From NCBI GenBank assembly GCA_963833095.1, contig CAWHWQ010000005.1, forward strand, positions 512,001 to 576,000: DNA of 64,000 nucleotides, given 5' to 3'. Below, one piece after another: positions 12,031 to 23,217 of this stretch. Numbering within the stretch: position 1 is the stretch's first letter; every line of letters starts with the position of its first letter. Position numbers and translations under genes: made by a program. Source of the stretch: Vulcanimicrobiota bacterium. GTDB lineage: Bacteria > Vulcanimicrobiota > Vulcanimicrobiia > Vulcanimicrobiales > Vulcanimicrobiaceae. The notes under the pieces were generated by a model. That model saw only the letters and a list, made by a program, of their open reading frames with translations, searched no databases and had not been told where the DNA came from.

Positions 12031-12923
12031 CGATCGAGATCGATCTTAATCGACGGACAGCCGGCCGCACGCGCGCAAGCCGGATGGCTGCGCGTTGCGC
12101 TTGCCGTCCGGCGACGACTACGAACGCGTGCGCGCCAAGGTCAACACGCTCGCGCTCAATACCGTTTGCAAGGAAGCGGCTTGCCCGAACATCGCCGAAT
12201 GCTGGGGCGCCGGCACCGCGACGATCATGATTCTGGGCGACACGTGCACGCGCGGCTGCCGCTTCTGCAACGTGAAGACCGGGAACCCCGGGGCGAAGTC
12301 GATTGGCTCGAACCGGTTCGCGTCGCCGAAGCGGTGCGCGACCTCGGCTGGAAGTATCTCGTGCTGACCGCCGTCGACCGCGACGATCTCGCCGACGGCG
12401 GCGCGCTGATCTTCGCAAACACGGTTCGCGCGATCCACGAGCGCGTGCCGGATCGCAAGGTCGAGATCCTCAGCGGCGACTATCGCGGCGATCTCGCGGC
12501 GCTCGACATCGTGATGGATGCGCGGCCCGACGTGTTCGCGCACAATCTCGAAACCGTTCGCCGGCTCACGCCGACCGTTCGCGACAAGCGCGCCGCCTAC
12601 GATCAATCGCTGCGCGATCCTCGCGCACGCGAAAACGCGCGCGCCCGAACGCTTCACGAAGACCTCGCTGATGCTCGGCCTCGGCGAGACCGAAGACGAG
12701 ATCGAACACGCGATGGACGACGCGCGCGCGTCGGGCGTCGACATTTTCACGATGGGTCAATATCTGCAGCCGACCAAGAAGCATCTTCCGGTCGTCGAGT
12801 TCGTCACGCCCGAGAAGTTCGACCGACTCGGCGAGCTCGCGAAGAACAAAGGATTTCATCAAGTCGTCTCGAGCCCGCTTTCGCGCAGCTCCTATCACGC
12901 CGAACAAGCCTTCCGAGCGGTAA
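12027..12923 (+). CDS. lipA: Lipoyl synthase (frameshifted as assembled)
   Basis: [39 protein letters not shown]. Confidence 0.92.
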
Positions 12924-15900
12924 TGACCAGCTTTCTTCATTTCCGGCCCGGTCTTTGCGGCGGTCTGTTCGCTCATCATCTTGATCGCCGGCTTGGTCGT
13001 CATTCCCGACGCTCGCCATCGCGCAATATCCGCAGATCGCGCCGCCGGTCGTAACCGTCACGGCGACCTACATCGGCGCGAGCCCGCAAGCCGTCGAAGC
13101 GCAGGTCACGACGCCGCTCGAGACAAGCGGTGAACCGGTGCAAGGCCTGCGCTACATCAGTTCGACGAGCGCGCAGGGCGTCTCGACGATCACCTGTACG
13201 TTTAACCTCGGCGTCAATCTCGACATCGCCGCGGCCGACGTGCAAAATCTCGTGCAGTCGGCGCTCGGGCAGTTGCCGCACAACCGTCCAGCAGATCGGC
13301 GTCACGGTCTGCAAAAACTCCGGCGCGTTCGTCATGGGCATCGCGCTCAAGTCGGACTAACCCGAAATACGACACGCTGTTCCTGAGCAACTACGCCCAA
13401 CTCAATGTCGTCAACGATCTCTCGCGCATCCCCGGCGTCTCGCAGGTCCGCATCTTCGGCCAGCGCCAATACGCGATGCGCATCTGGCTCAATCCGCGTC
13501 AAGCTTGCCGGCGCAAGGTCTCGACGCAACCGACGTCGTCAACGCGCTGCAAGAGCAAAACGTCGAGGTCGCCGCCGGCAGCATCGGCGCCGCGCCCGAG
13601 TCGCCCAATCAACAGTACACCTACACCGTCAACGCGCTCACGCAGCTCTCACGATCCGAACAATTCGCGAACATCATTCTGCGCGCGAATCCCAACGGCG
13701 GCTTCATCCGTCTGGGCGACGTCGCGCGCGTCGAACTCGGCGCTCAGGACTACTCGACCGCATTTGCGCTTCGACGGCAACGAGCAACGTCGTCGGTCTC
13801 GGCGTGCTGCAGTACCCCGACGCCAACGCGCTGCAGGTTTCGCCGACGTGGTCAACGCGAAGATGGACTCAGCTCCGAAGCCAATTTCCCCCGGGCATCA
13901 CTTGCAGGTCGCGTTCGACACGACGACCTTCGTGAGCGAGTCGATCAAGGAAGTCGTCACTACGCTGCTGCTCTCGATCTTCCTGGTCGTGCTGGTCATC
14001 TTCCTCTTCTTGCAGGATCCGAAAGCCACGCTGATTCCCGCGGCCACGATTCCGGTCTCGCTGATCGGCACGTTCTTCGTGATGAAGATCTTCGGGTTTA
14101 CGATCAACACGATCACGCTCTTCGGGTTGACGCTCGCGGCGGGTCTCGTGGTCGACGACGCCATCGTCGTCATCGAAAACATCGCGCGCCACATGGAGAG
14201 AACACGGGCAAGAGCGCCGGCTCGACGGCGCCGCAGAAGCGATGACCGAAATTCAGAGCGCGGTCGTCGCGTCGTCGCTGGTGCTGCTTGCCGTCTTCAT
14301 CCCGGTCGCGTTCTTCCCCGGCACGACCGGACAGCTCTACAAGCAGTTCGCGCTGACGATCGCGGCTGCGATCACGATCTCGCTGTTCCAAGCGCTCACG
14401 CTCGCGCCCGTGCTCTCGTCGCGTTTGCTGACACGGCGAGTACCGAATCGAACTTCTTCTTCTTCCGCTGGTTCAACGAGCGTTGCATAACTTCCGCGAG
14501 TGGTACGCGCGAACGCTGCCGAAGCTGTTCCGCCAGCGCTGGCCGGTGTTCGGCGTCTTCGTGCTCGCGCTCGTCGCTGACCGCATTGTTGTTCAACACG
14601 ACGCCGACCGGCTTTCATCCCGAGACGAAGATCAAGGCTACTTCATCGTGATCGTGCAAGCGCCCGAAGGCACGTCGCTTGCTGCAACGAACAGCAGATC
14701 GCGATCCAAGGCGGAGAAGATCATCCGCGCGCAGCCCGAAGTGCTGCACGTCTTCGACATCGGCGGATTCAGCTTCACCGGGTCGGCGCCGAACCGCGGC
14801 ATCATGTTCGCCCTGCTCAAGCCGTGGGGCGAGCGCAAACGGGTCCGCAACATTCGACGTCGCGCGTGCGTTGCTCGACGTCGACGCTTGATCGCCGCGT
14901 TCTACAAGCAACGTCCCCGAGGCGCAGATCTTCGCGGTCAATCCGCCGGCGATCAACGGCGTCGGCAGTTTCGGCGGGTTCCAATTCGAACTCGAAGATC
15001 GCGGCGAACGTCGGGCTTGCCGGCTCTTGATGAATACGGCGTTCGCGATGATGGGCGCTGCGCGCAAGGATCCGCGCTTGACGCAGTCTTCACGCAGTTC
15101 CGCATCAACTCGCCGCAAATCGAAGTCAACATCGATCGAAACAAGGCCAAGTCGATCGGCGTCGAATCTCAACGACGTCTTCCAGACGATGGAGGTCGAC
15201 CTCGGCTCGCTGTACGTCAACAATTTCACCTATCTCAACCGCTCGTGGCAGGTCGACATTCAAGCCGACGCGCCGTACCGCAACGATCCAGCGTCGCTGC
15301 AGAACCTCTACGTCGTCCGCTCCGCGCCGGACCGGTACGTGCCGATTCATCGCGACGTCGGACACCAACGGCATACCGGCGCACGGACCGTCATGACGCC
15401 GATCAGCGCGCTGGTCACCGTGAAGCAGACGCTGGCCGCGCCGATCATCACGCACTACAACCTCTACCGCAACATCGAGATCAGCGGAAACGCCGCGCCA
15501 GGCCACGGCTCGGGCGAAGCGATCCAAGCGATGGAACAGATCGCGGCAAAGTGTTGCCGACAGGGCGTCAGCTACGAATGGTCGCGGGCTGCAGCTCGAC
15601 GAGATCGCGGCCGGAAGCCAGAGCGTCTTGATCTTCGCGCTCGGCTTGGTCTTCGTGTTCCTCGTCCTCTCGGCGCAATACGAGAGCTTCATCGATCCGC
15701 TGATCGTGCTGCTGGCGGTGCCGGCGGCGCTGCTCGGCGCGCTCGGCTTTCATGAACTTCCGCCACATCCCGATTCCCGTTTCTCTTCGATGCCAGCCTC
15801 GCGCAGGACGTCTACGCGCAAGTCGGCTACGTCATGCTGATCGGCCTGGCGAGTAAGAGCGCGATTCTGATCGTCGAGTTCGCCAACCAGCAGATTCGCG

Positions 15901-16218
15901 CGGGCGCCGACATCGTCACGGCGGCGCTGCGCGCGGCTCAGACGCGGCTTGCGTCCGATTCTGATGACCTCGATCGCTTTCATCATCGCCGTCATGCCGC
16001 TCGTCTTCGCGAGCGGCGCCGGCAGCGCGGCGCGGCATTCGCTCGGCACCGTCGTGTTCGGCGGCATGCTGGTCTCGACGTTCCTCAACCTGGTGATCAC
16101 GCCGGTGCTGTACGTCATCATCAAGAGTCTCGAATTGCGCGGGACGAGTCACGTTGACGGCAAACCACGCGGAGATTTCGTAGACAGAGCGCCGGAAGCG
16201 CCCGCAATTCCAAGCTAA
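12923..16218 (+). CDS. HAE1/AcrB-type RND efflux permease (heavily frameshifted as assembled)
   Basis: [65 protein letters not shown] overlap with the probable lipA stop. Confidence 0.9.
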
Positions 16219-16308
16219 ACATAAGGGTTTTAACGTCGCCCAAACCGAAGAGGTCGCGAGCCGGACCCTGATACTTTTAATAGGCCGGTCCTCGAGTTGG
16301 AGACGATT

Positions 16309-17529
16309 ATGCTCAAAAGCCTCACCCGAGCGAGCGCGGCACTTCTTGTTGCCCTCTCGTTCGGTTTTTCCGTTGTGCCGGCGCAAGCCGATCAAAGCGG
16401 AGCCCTTGCAAACGGTGTTGTGAGCGGCGCCAATACGGCGATTCGCAACGCCATGGATCAACAAACGCAATCAAAGACTGCAACGAAACGTCAAGACGGT
16501 ACGCAGTCGACGGTAGCGCAAGTTCCTCCCGTCAATCAGCAACCTGTCGGCGGTGCCACGCAAGTCGGCCTCCCGACCGGTTTCACCTACTTCGCCGATT
16601 TCTCGATCGCGTATCCGTGGGGAAACATCGGCACCGCAAGCGGCAAGTGGCTGCAGGGCGGCGTTGACGGAATGGTTTCGTACGGCTTCAGTCCGACGTC
16701 ACGCGTCGTCGCGTCGTACTATGAACTACAGCATTATCCGTACGGCTTCAATAGTGGAACTGTACCGTTCTATTTACCACCCGGCTTTCCGAACGCCGGC
16801 TGTCAGAGTCTCGGTCAGAACGCCGTTGGAAGCTGCCCCGGAACGAGTCCGCAGTTGGATCTCACGACCAAGGACCGTTTCATGCTCCTTAGTTACGAGC
16901 AGTTGTTTTTGGTCGGAAAGTTCGGTGGTCGCGCGCTTCCGATCGTGGTGACGCCGACCTACGTCTCGCGCTGGTCGACGATCAATCAGTCCGGCAACGG
17001 AACCGATGTCGTGCCGTTCGTGAACCCGCTCAACGGAGCGCCGGTCACCGGCGTTGCAACGCGCACAGCGCAATACGATTCGGTCGCGGTCACAGTCCCA
17101 TTTCTCAAGACGTCACGTATGTTCGGGACGTTCACGGTTGCGCCGACGTGGCTGACGCATCTCAACGGTGTCAATCAAAGCAACACGGCGCAACTCTATC
17201 AGGTTCTCTACCTGGAGTACAACGCCAGCCGCAACCTGCGCTTCTTCTACGAGCCGCAGGCCTCGCGCGATTATCTGCCGACCGATCCGTATCCACAACA
17301 CTTGAACGCCTACTTTCTTGGGGCGACCGAGCGTGTTGGAAAAGCTGGGTTCATCCAGGTCGTGCTCAACAGCGGCGGTCCGTCGAACTACAGCCCCTAC
17401 GGCGTGAAGTACTTGCAGTGTTACGGACTACCGTGCAGTGCAAACACCGTACCGGCACTGGGCGGTTTAAAGGCCACGCAAATTCAAGTGCAATTCGGCG
17501 TCGGCTCGCCCGTCGTTCTGCCGTTCTAA
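16309..17529 (+). CDS. Secreted hypothetical protein, putative outer-membrane beta-barrel
   Basis: Signal peptide AQA-D; alternating aromatic/hydrophobic strands; C-terminal Phe. Confidence 0.55.
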   Translation: MLKSLTRASAALLVALSFGFSVVPAQADQSGALANGVVSGANTAIRNAMDQQTQSKTATKRQDGTQSTVAQVPPVNQQPVGGATQVGLPTGFTYFADFSIAYPWGNIGTASGKWLQGGVDGMVSYGFSPTSRVVASYYELQHYPYGFNSGTVPFYLPPGFPNAGCQSLGQNAVGSCPGTSPQLDLTTKDRFMLLSYEQLFLVGKFGGRALPIVVTPTYVSRWSTINQSGNGTDVVPFVNPLNGAPVTGVATRTAQYDSVAVTVPFLKTSRMFGTFTVAPTWLTHLNGVNQSNTAQLYQVLYLEYNASRNLRFFYEPQASRDYLPTDPYPQHLNAYFLGATERVGKAGFIQVVLNSGGPSNYSPYGVKYLQCYGLPCSANTVPALGGLKATQIQVQFGVGSPVVLPF

Positions 17530-17545
17530 GGGATTGGGTAACGCA

Positions 17546-19165
17546 ATGAAATTATCGTATCTCTCGCGTCCGCTTGCGATCCTCGCGTTGACGGCGCTCG
17601 CCGCTTGCGGCGGAGGTAGCAGCGGCCCGGGGCCGCACGTAAACGCTCCACAACCGATCGTCACGCCGGCCGGCGGAACGCCGCTCGTGGGCATCGGCGA
17701 CAGTCTCACCGCCGGATATCAATCAAACGGGTTCCTGGGTCAAGCAAATCCCCTGGTGACGTATTCGGGATCGGCATATCCGGGTCACGCGGTACCACCG
17801 GGTCAAGAGAACGGCTTCTGGGCCGACATCTACGTGCAGCTCACCGGCGTGCCGGCAGCCAGCATGTACGTCCCCTCGACCTCGCCGCTCCCGCTCATCG
17901 CAGGGATCGGCCTCGGCACGCAGCTCGTCGTCAACAATCCTAACCTCTTCACGCCGGTGCAGCTGTGCAACAGTACTATCAATATCGAAGCCTACTCGAA
18001 TACGGCGTGGGCGGCGACCCGATTGAGCCCGACGACGCAAAACGCCGATCTCGGCGTTCCGGGTATCACGATGCATGAAGCAGTCGCGATGACCGGTCCG
18101 CTCACCGGACCGCCGAACACATTTAACGCCACGACCGGGGCGTGCGGCTACAGCACGCTCGCGAATGACCCGACGTCGGGCGGCCTGCAATCGGTGGTAT
18201 CCGGCGAAAGCGAACTGTTCTATCCGGTCATGGGTAGTTATCTCAATTCGGCGGTACCGCAATTGACGGAGCTGAACGTGGCCGTTGCGTTGCAGCCGAA
18301 GCTGGCCACCGTGTGGCTCGGCGCAAACGACGTGCTCAAGTTCTCGTTCTCGGGCGGCAACCCGGTTGCGAGTGATTCGCCGACGCAAATGCAAGCCGAT
18401 CTCACGCAGATCATCAAAGCGCTCACTGCGAAGGGAACGAAAGTCCTGATCGCCGATCTTCCAAACGTGCTCTCTGCGCCGCAATTCTTTCCGCAGGGCA
18501 ATCGTCTGGTCGCCGATCTCGCAACGCTGTTGACGCCCGCGCTCGGCTCGGGTGCAACCGCCGCGGCAACGGCAATCGCGAGCTACGTCGCCACGCAGTA
18601 TGGTGTGACCACCGGCGGCTATTTAACCGAGAGCGGATTCTTGGCGATCATCAACACCTGCGAATCGCCGAAGACGCAAGCCTTATGCCTCACACCGCCG
18701 CTCGATCCGAGCGGACCGGGAAGCGGCCTTGGCGGCGCCTACCTGACGCCGGCGCTCGCGACCGAGGTCGCACAGCTCAACGCCGGATACAATCAGGTGA
18801 TCGACGCCGTCGCCAGCGGCTCGGGTCCGAACGTCGCATTGGTTCCGATCAACGCGACCTTCTCAGCGCTTGCGCCGTCAACGACGGTTCCGGGTTCGGC
18901 GCCTAATCTCAACACCGTCGTGCCGGGCGCGCCTTCGGCAACCTACTTGTTCGGCGGTAATCTGGTGACGTGGGACGGCCTGCATCCCTCAAATCTGGGG
19001 TATGCCGTTATCGCAAACACGTTCATTGCGACCGCGGACACCGCGTTCGGAATGACGATCCCACCGATCACCAACGCGCAACTCAACGCCATCAATGCAG
19101 CCGATCCGTATAACGGGCAATCGGTGAACGCGGCGCTCGGTGCGCCGATCTTCCCACTTCCCTAG
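17546..19165 (+). CDS. SGNH/GDSL hydrolase lipoprotein
   Basis: Lipobox LAAC, GDSLTAGY (block I), WLGANDVL (block III), DGLHP (block V). Confidence 0.88.
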   Translation: MKLSYLSRPLAILALTALAACGGGSSGPGPHVNAPQPIVTPAGGTPLVGIGDSLTAGYQSNGFLGQANPLVTYSGSAYPGHAVPPGQENGFWADIYVQLTGVPAASMYVPSTSPLPLIAGIGLGTQLVVNNPNLFTPVQLCNSTINIEAYSNTAWAATRLSPTTQNADLGVPGITMHEAVAMTGPLTGPPNTFNATTGACGYSTLANDPTSGGLQSVVSGESELFYPVMGSYLNSAVPQLTELNVAVALQPKLATVWLGANDVLKFSFSGGNPVASDSPTQMQADLTQIIKALTAKGTKVLIADLPNVLSAPQFFPQGNRLVADLATLLTPALGSGATAAATAIASYVATQYGVTTGGYLTESGFLAIINTCESPKTQALCLTPPLDPSGPGSGLGGAYLTPALATEVAQLNAGYNQVIDAVASGSGPNVALVPINATFSALAPSTTVPGSAPNLNTVVPGAPSATYLFGGNLVTWDGLHPSNLGYAVIANTFIATADTAFGMTIPPITNAQLNAINAADPYNGQSVNAALGAPIFPLP

Positions 19166-19167
19166 AC

Positions 19168-19232
19168 GGTTCGTTCCGCCCCATGGGCGGTCGCACATCG
19201 TGTGCTACGAACCTTCAGCCGCATCGTGCGGC
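19168..19232. repeat. Structured intergenic element, GGTTCG/CGAACC family, copy 1
   Basis: GGTTCGT..ACGAACC encloses hairpins CCGCC/GGCGG and GCACA-TCG-TGTGC, then TTCA and GCCGCA-TCG-TGCGGC; same fold at 28546-28610. Confidence 0.75.
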
Positions 19233-19236
19233 CACC

Positions 19237-19278
19237 CAAGAAGAAGAGCCCGGGCAACTGCCCGGGCTCTTCTTCTTG
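19237..19278. terminator. Probable bidirectional intrinsic terminator
   Basis: Perfect 20-bp inverted repeat CAAGAAGAAGAGCCCGGGCA-AC-TGCCCGGGCTCTTCTTCTTG between convergent genes. Confidence 0.8.
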
Positions 19279-19290
19279 TTTCGCAACCGG

Positions 19291-20558
19291 TTAGGCGTAG
19301 ATGCCACGCAAACGGAGCGCCCGTACCACGCGGTCGATGGCAAGCGCGTAGGCCGCGGTGCGGTAATTCGAGTTGCGCGCGTTCTTGATCGTACGCAATT
19401 CGCCCAGATTTGAGAGCAGCACGTCCTCGAGCTTCTCGTTGACCTCGGCCTCTTTCCAGAAGTAGCCCATGCGGTCTTGAGCCCACTCGAAATACGAGAC
19501 GGTCACGCCGCCGGCGTTCGCCATGATGTCGGGGATGACGACGATGCCGTTTTGCTTGAAGATCCGATCGGCTTCGGGCGTCGTCGGCCCGTTTGCGCCC
19601 TCGACGATCAGCTTCGCCTTGACCGTTCGCCGCGTTCTCGGCGGTGAAGACCTTCTCGAGCGCGGCAGGCACGAGCACGTCGCAATCGGAGGTCGAGCAG
19701 TTCCGCGTTGCTGATGCGGTCGCCGCCCTTGAAGCCCTCGAGGCTGCGATTCTTGACCGCATGATCGATCGCGCCGCGGAACATCGATACCGTCGGCGTT
19801 GTAATAACGCGCCGGTGACATCGGAGATGCCGCACACTTTGCAGCCGCGCTCTGCGAAGAGTTTCGCCGCGTACGAGTCCGACGTTGCCGAAGCCTTGAA
19901 TGACGACCCGCGTCTGTTCCGGAGGCGATCCCATCTGCGTGCATTTCGTCGAGCGCGCAGATGCGTGACGCCGCGTCCGGTCGCTTCGACGCGTCCGCGC
20001 GACCCGCCGATCTCGAGCGGCTTGCCGGTCACGACGCCCGGCACGTTCTGTCGCACGTGCATCGAGTAGGTGTCCATGAACCAGGCCATGACTTGCGGCG
20101 TCGTGTTGACGTCGGGCGCGGGGACGTCCTTATCCGGGCCGACGACTTCGACCAGCTCGGCCGCGTAGCGGCGCGTGATGCGCTCGAGTTCGTTCATCGA
20201 AAGGTCGACGGGATCGCAGGTCACGCCGCCTTTTCCACCGCCGAACGGAAGATCGACGACGGCGCATTTCCAGGTCATCCAGAACGCCAGCGCCGTCACT
20301 TCGTCGAGCGTAACGCCGGGATGGTAGCGAATGCCGCCCTTAGCGGGTCCGCGCGCGAAGTTGTATTGAACGCGATAGCCGGTGTAGACTTCGAATTCGC
20401 CGCTAGTCTCGCTGGAACGGAATCGAGAAGATGATTTGACGCGATGGGTGCGTGAGGATTCGCCGCATTCCCGAGTCGAGTTCGAGAAGATCGGCCGCTT
20501 CGTTGAAATAGGCGATGCCGTCTCCAAAAACCGAGACTTCGCGTACCGCAGTGGTCAT
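19291..20558 (-). CDS. gdhA: Glu/Leu/Phe/Val (glutamate) dehydrogenase (frameshifted as assembled)
   Basis: [56 protein letters not shown]. Confidence 0.92.
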
Positions 20559-20651
20559 AAAGTATTTTTCAGCCTCCGGGGAGATCAAACCCCAAAGGCT
20601 ACGGGAAATTACCGAAAACTCCCTTGGATGGAGCTATGCGGTGCAAAGCCC

Positions 20652-20674
20652 AACCTTCAGCCGCATCGTGCGGC
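20652..20674. repeat. Partial copy of the GGTTCG/CGAACC element; 23-bp direct repeat of 19210-19232
   Basis: AACCTTCAGCCGCATCGTGCGGC identical at both sites. Confidence 0.85.
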
Positions 20675-20733
20675 GTAGCTGCTATGCGATAAACGTCTTA
20701 ATGTGGCCGCTTGGTGTCTCTAGCGAGACGAAT

Positions 20734-21828
20734 TTACACGTTGAAGAGGAAGTTGACGACGTCACCCTCTTGCATCACGTAGTCTTTCCCCTCGGCGCGG
20801 ACTTTGCCGGCGTTTTTGAGCGCCGCCATGGTCTTGTACTCGACGTAATCGTCATATGAGACGATCTCAGCGCGAATGAATCCGCGCTCGATGTCGCCGT
20901 GAATCTTGCCCGCCGCCTGTGGCGCTTTGGTCCCCTTGGCAATGGTCCAAGCGCGAACTTCTGGTTCGCCGGCGGTAAGGAACGTCATAAGTCCAAGCAG
21001 ATCGTAGGCACGCAGTGCAAGCTCGTTGAGGCCGCTACGTTCGATGCCTAGCTCAGCGCAGAATTCGCGCGCTTCGTCGTCGGTGAGACCCGCTAGTTCC
21101 GATTCGATCTTCCCGCACAGCACGACGACGGCACTGCCGTCTTCCTTCGCGACCGCGCGCACGGCATCGACCAGCGGACCCGGCTTGCCGATCTGCTGTT
21201 CGTCGACGTTCGCGACATACAGCAGCGGCTTCGCGGTGAGCAGAAAAGACTCGTTTGCAATCTCGCGCTCGGAACTTTCGAGTGGGAAGCTGCGCGCGGG
21301 CTTTCCGGCTTCGAGCGCGGCGACGACATTTTGCGCGGCATCGTGCGCAGCGCGGCGCTTGGGATTCGTCCGGGCCTCGCGTTCGAGTTTGTCGAGCCGC
21401 TTCTGCATGGTGGCAAGATCGGCAAGCGCAAGTTCGATCGAAATGATTTCGATATCGCGCGCGGGATCCGGGCTTCCCTCGACATGCGTCACGTTGTCGT
21501 CCTCGAAACAGCGCACGACCATCGCAATCGCATCGGTCTCACGAATATGACTGAGGAAGGCGTTACCCAAGCCTTGTCCGGTCGAGGCTCCGCGAACGAG
21601 TCCGGCGATATCGACGAAGCGGACGGTTGCGGGCACGATGCGCTGGCCGTGCACGAGCGCTTGCAGAACCTGCAAACGGTCGTCGGGTACTGCGACTTCT
21701 CCCACATTCGGTTCGATCGTGGCAAACGGATAATTTGCCGCGAGCGCTTGAGCGGAACGGGTGAGGGCGTTGAAGATGGTGGACTTGCCGACGTTGGGCA
21801 AGCCGACGATACCGCAGGATAGCGCCAT
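20734..21828 (-). CDS. ychF: Redox-regulated ATPase YchF
   Basis: GIVGLPNVGKST, ANYPFATIEPN, DIAGLV, GFIRAE, EGKDYVMQEGD. Confidence 0.97.
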   Translation of the reverse strand: MALSCGIVGLPNVGKSTIFNALTRSAQALAANYPFATIEPNVGEVAVPDDRLQVLQALVHGQRIVPATVRFVDIAGLVRGASTGQGLGNAFLSHIRETDAIAMVVRCFEDDNVTHVEGSPDPARDIEIISIELALADLATMQKRLDKLEREARTNPKRRAAHDAAQNVVAALEAGKPARSFPLESSEREIANESFLLTAKPLLYVANVDEQQIGKPGPLVDAVRAVAKEDGSAVVVLCGKIESELAGLTDDEAREFCAELGIERSGLNELALRAYDLLGLMTFLTAGEPEVRAWTIAKGTKAPQAAGKIHGDIERGFIRAEIVSYDDYVEYKTMAALKNAGKVRAEGKDYVMQEGDVVNFLFNV

Positions 21829-21914
21829 GGTGCGGGCCCTTGCGTTCGTGCGGGTGTCGCCCGCACCCTTGCCGAGTAGCAAGAGAATCCCGCGGGTGCG
21901 TCGGATACCACCGG

Positions 21915-22391
21915 ATGCGCCAAATGAAGGTCGACAAGCTCGGGATCGACCTATTGACCCACGATCCGGTTGTGATCCTCAAGGATATGGACGGGTCGCA
22001 CTACCTGCCGATTCTCATCGGCCCGTTCGAGGCCACGGCGATCGCGCTGGCACTCGAAGGCGCTCCGGTCCCGCGACCGCTTTCGCACGACCTCATGCGC
22101 AACATTCTTGAGTCGCTCGAGACGACGTTAGAGCAAGTTATCATCCACGATATCAAAGACTCGACGTTTTACGCGAAGCTGATCTTGCGATGCGATGGCG
22201 AGTTGCAAGAGATCGATGCCCGCCCTTCCGACGGCATCGCCTTGGCGCTACGCATGAAGGCACCCATCTACGTAACCGACAAGATCGTCCTCGAAGAGTC
22301 GACACCCGACAAGAAACCGGTCGACGACTCCGAGATGTCGCGCTTCAAGAAATTCCTCGACGACCTTAAGCCATCTGACTTTAATAGATAG
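21915..22391 (+). CDS. Bifunctional nuclease family protein (DUF151)
   Basis: LPILIGPFEA, RPLSHDL, IDARPSDGIALALR. Confidence 0.92.
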   Translation: MRQMKVDKLGIDLLTHDPVVILKDMDGSHYLPILIGPFEATAIALALEGAPVPRPLSHDLMRNILESLETTLEQVIIHDIKDSTFYAKLILRCDGELQEIDARPSDGIALALRMKAPIYVTDKIVLEESTPDKKPVDDSEMSRFKKFLDDLKPSDFNR

Positions 22392-22412
22392 CACGCTCAA
22401 GAACTGGAGACT

Positions 22413-23213
22413 ATGGAAACGACGACGGAACGCGCCGACATCGGCGTTTTTGGCGGTTCGGGATTTTATTCGCTAATCGAAAACGCCCGTGAGGTGTGGA
22501 TTGAGACGCCCTACGGCGCTCCAAGCGACCGCGTCGCGCTCGGCGAAATCGCCGGCAAACGCGTCGCTTTTTTGCCCCGCCACGGAAAGGATCATCGCTT
22601 CCCGCCGCAATCGATCAACTACCGGGCAAATTTATGGGCGATGAAAGCGCTTGGCGTGAAATTCATCATTGCGCCCAATGCCTGCGGCTCGCTCAAGAAA
22701 GAGGTCAAGCCGGGATCGATGGTCGTCTGCGACCAACTCGTGGACCGCACGGCGGGGCGCAAGGACACGTTTTTCGACGGCCCGATCACGACCCACGTTA
22801 GCTTTGCCGACCCCTACTGCCCGACGTTACGGCCGATCGCTGTCAACGCGCTGCGTTCGCTCGACATCGAAACGCACGAGCGCGGCACAGTCGTCGTCAT
22901 CCAGGGGCCGCGCTTTTCGACACGCTCGGAATCGAAGTGGTTTCAGAGCCAAGGCTGGGAAGTGATCAATATGACGCAATATCCCGAAGCGTACCTAGCC
23001 CGCGAACTCGAGATCTGTTTTGTGAACATCTCGCTTATCACCGACTACGACGTCGGTATCGACGGGATCGCGCCGGTCTCGCATCACGAAGTCATGGAGG
23101 TTTTCAAAAAGAACAACGATCGCGTGAAGAACGCCATCGGACGGATCGTCGAAGGGATCGATTTGAAGGCCGACTGCTCGTGCCACCACGCGCTCGCCGG
23201 AGCACGGGGTTAA
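22413..23213 (+). CDS. mtnP: S-methyl-5'-thioadenosine phosphorylase
   Basis: GVFGGSG, FLPRHG, GPRFSTRSES, INMT, TDYD. Confidence 0.92.
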   Translation: METTTERADIGVFGGSGFYSLIENAREVWIETPYGAPSDRVALGEIAGKRVAFLPRHGKDHRFPPQSINYRANLWAMKALGVKFIIAPNACGSLKKEVKPGSMVVCDQLVDRTAGRKDTFFDGPITTHVSFADPYCPTLRPIAVNALRSLDIETHERGTVVVIQGPRFSTRSESKWFQSQGWEVINMTQYPEAYLARELEICFVNISLITDYDVGIDGIAPVSHHEVMEVFKKNNDRVKNAIGRIVEGIDLKADCSCHHALAGARG

Positions 23214-23217
23214 TTTG

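Noticed and set aside
19193..19232. Guanidine-II (mini-ykkC) riboswitch from twin ACGA-containing loops on the minus strand
   Set aside because: Loops are ACGAT or CGA rather than ACGR tetraloops, and there is no SMR/guanidine gene context
20560..20690. c-di-GMP-I riboswitch upstream of gdh (GCAAAGCC seen)
   Set aside because: The motif is on the strand opposite gdh and the other GEMM elements are not found
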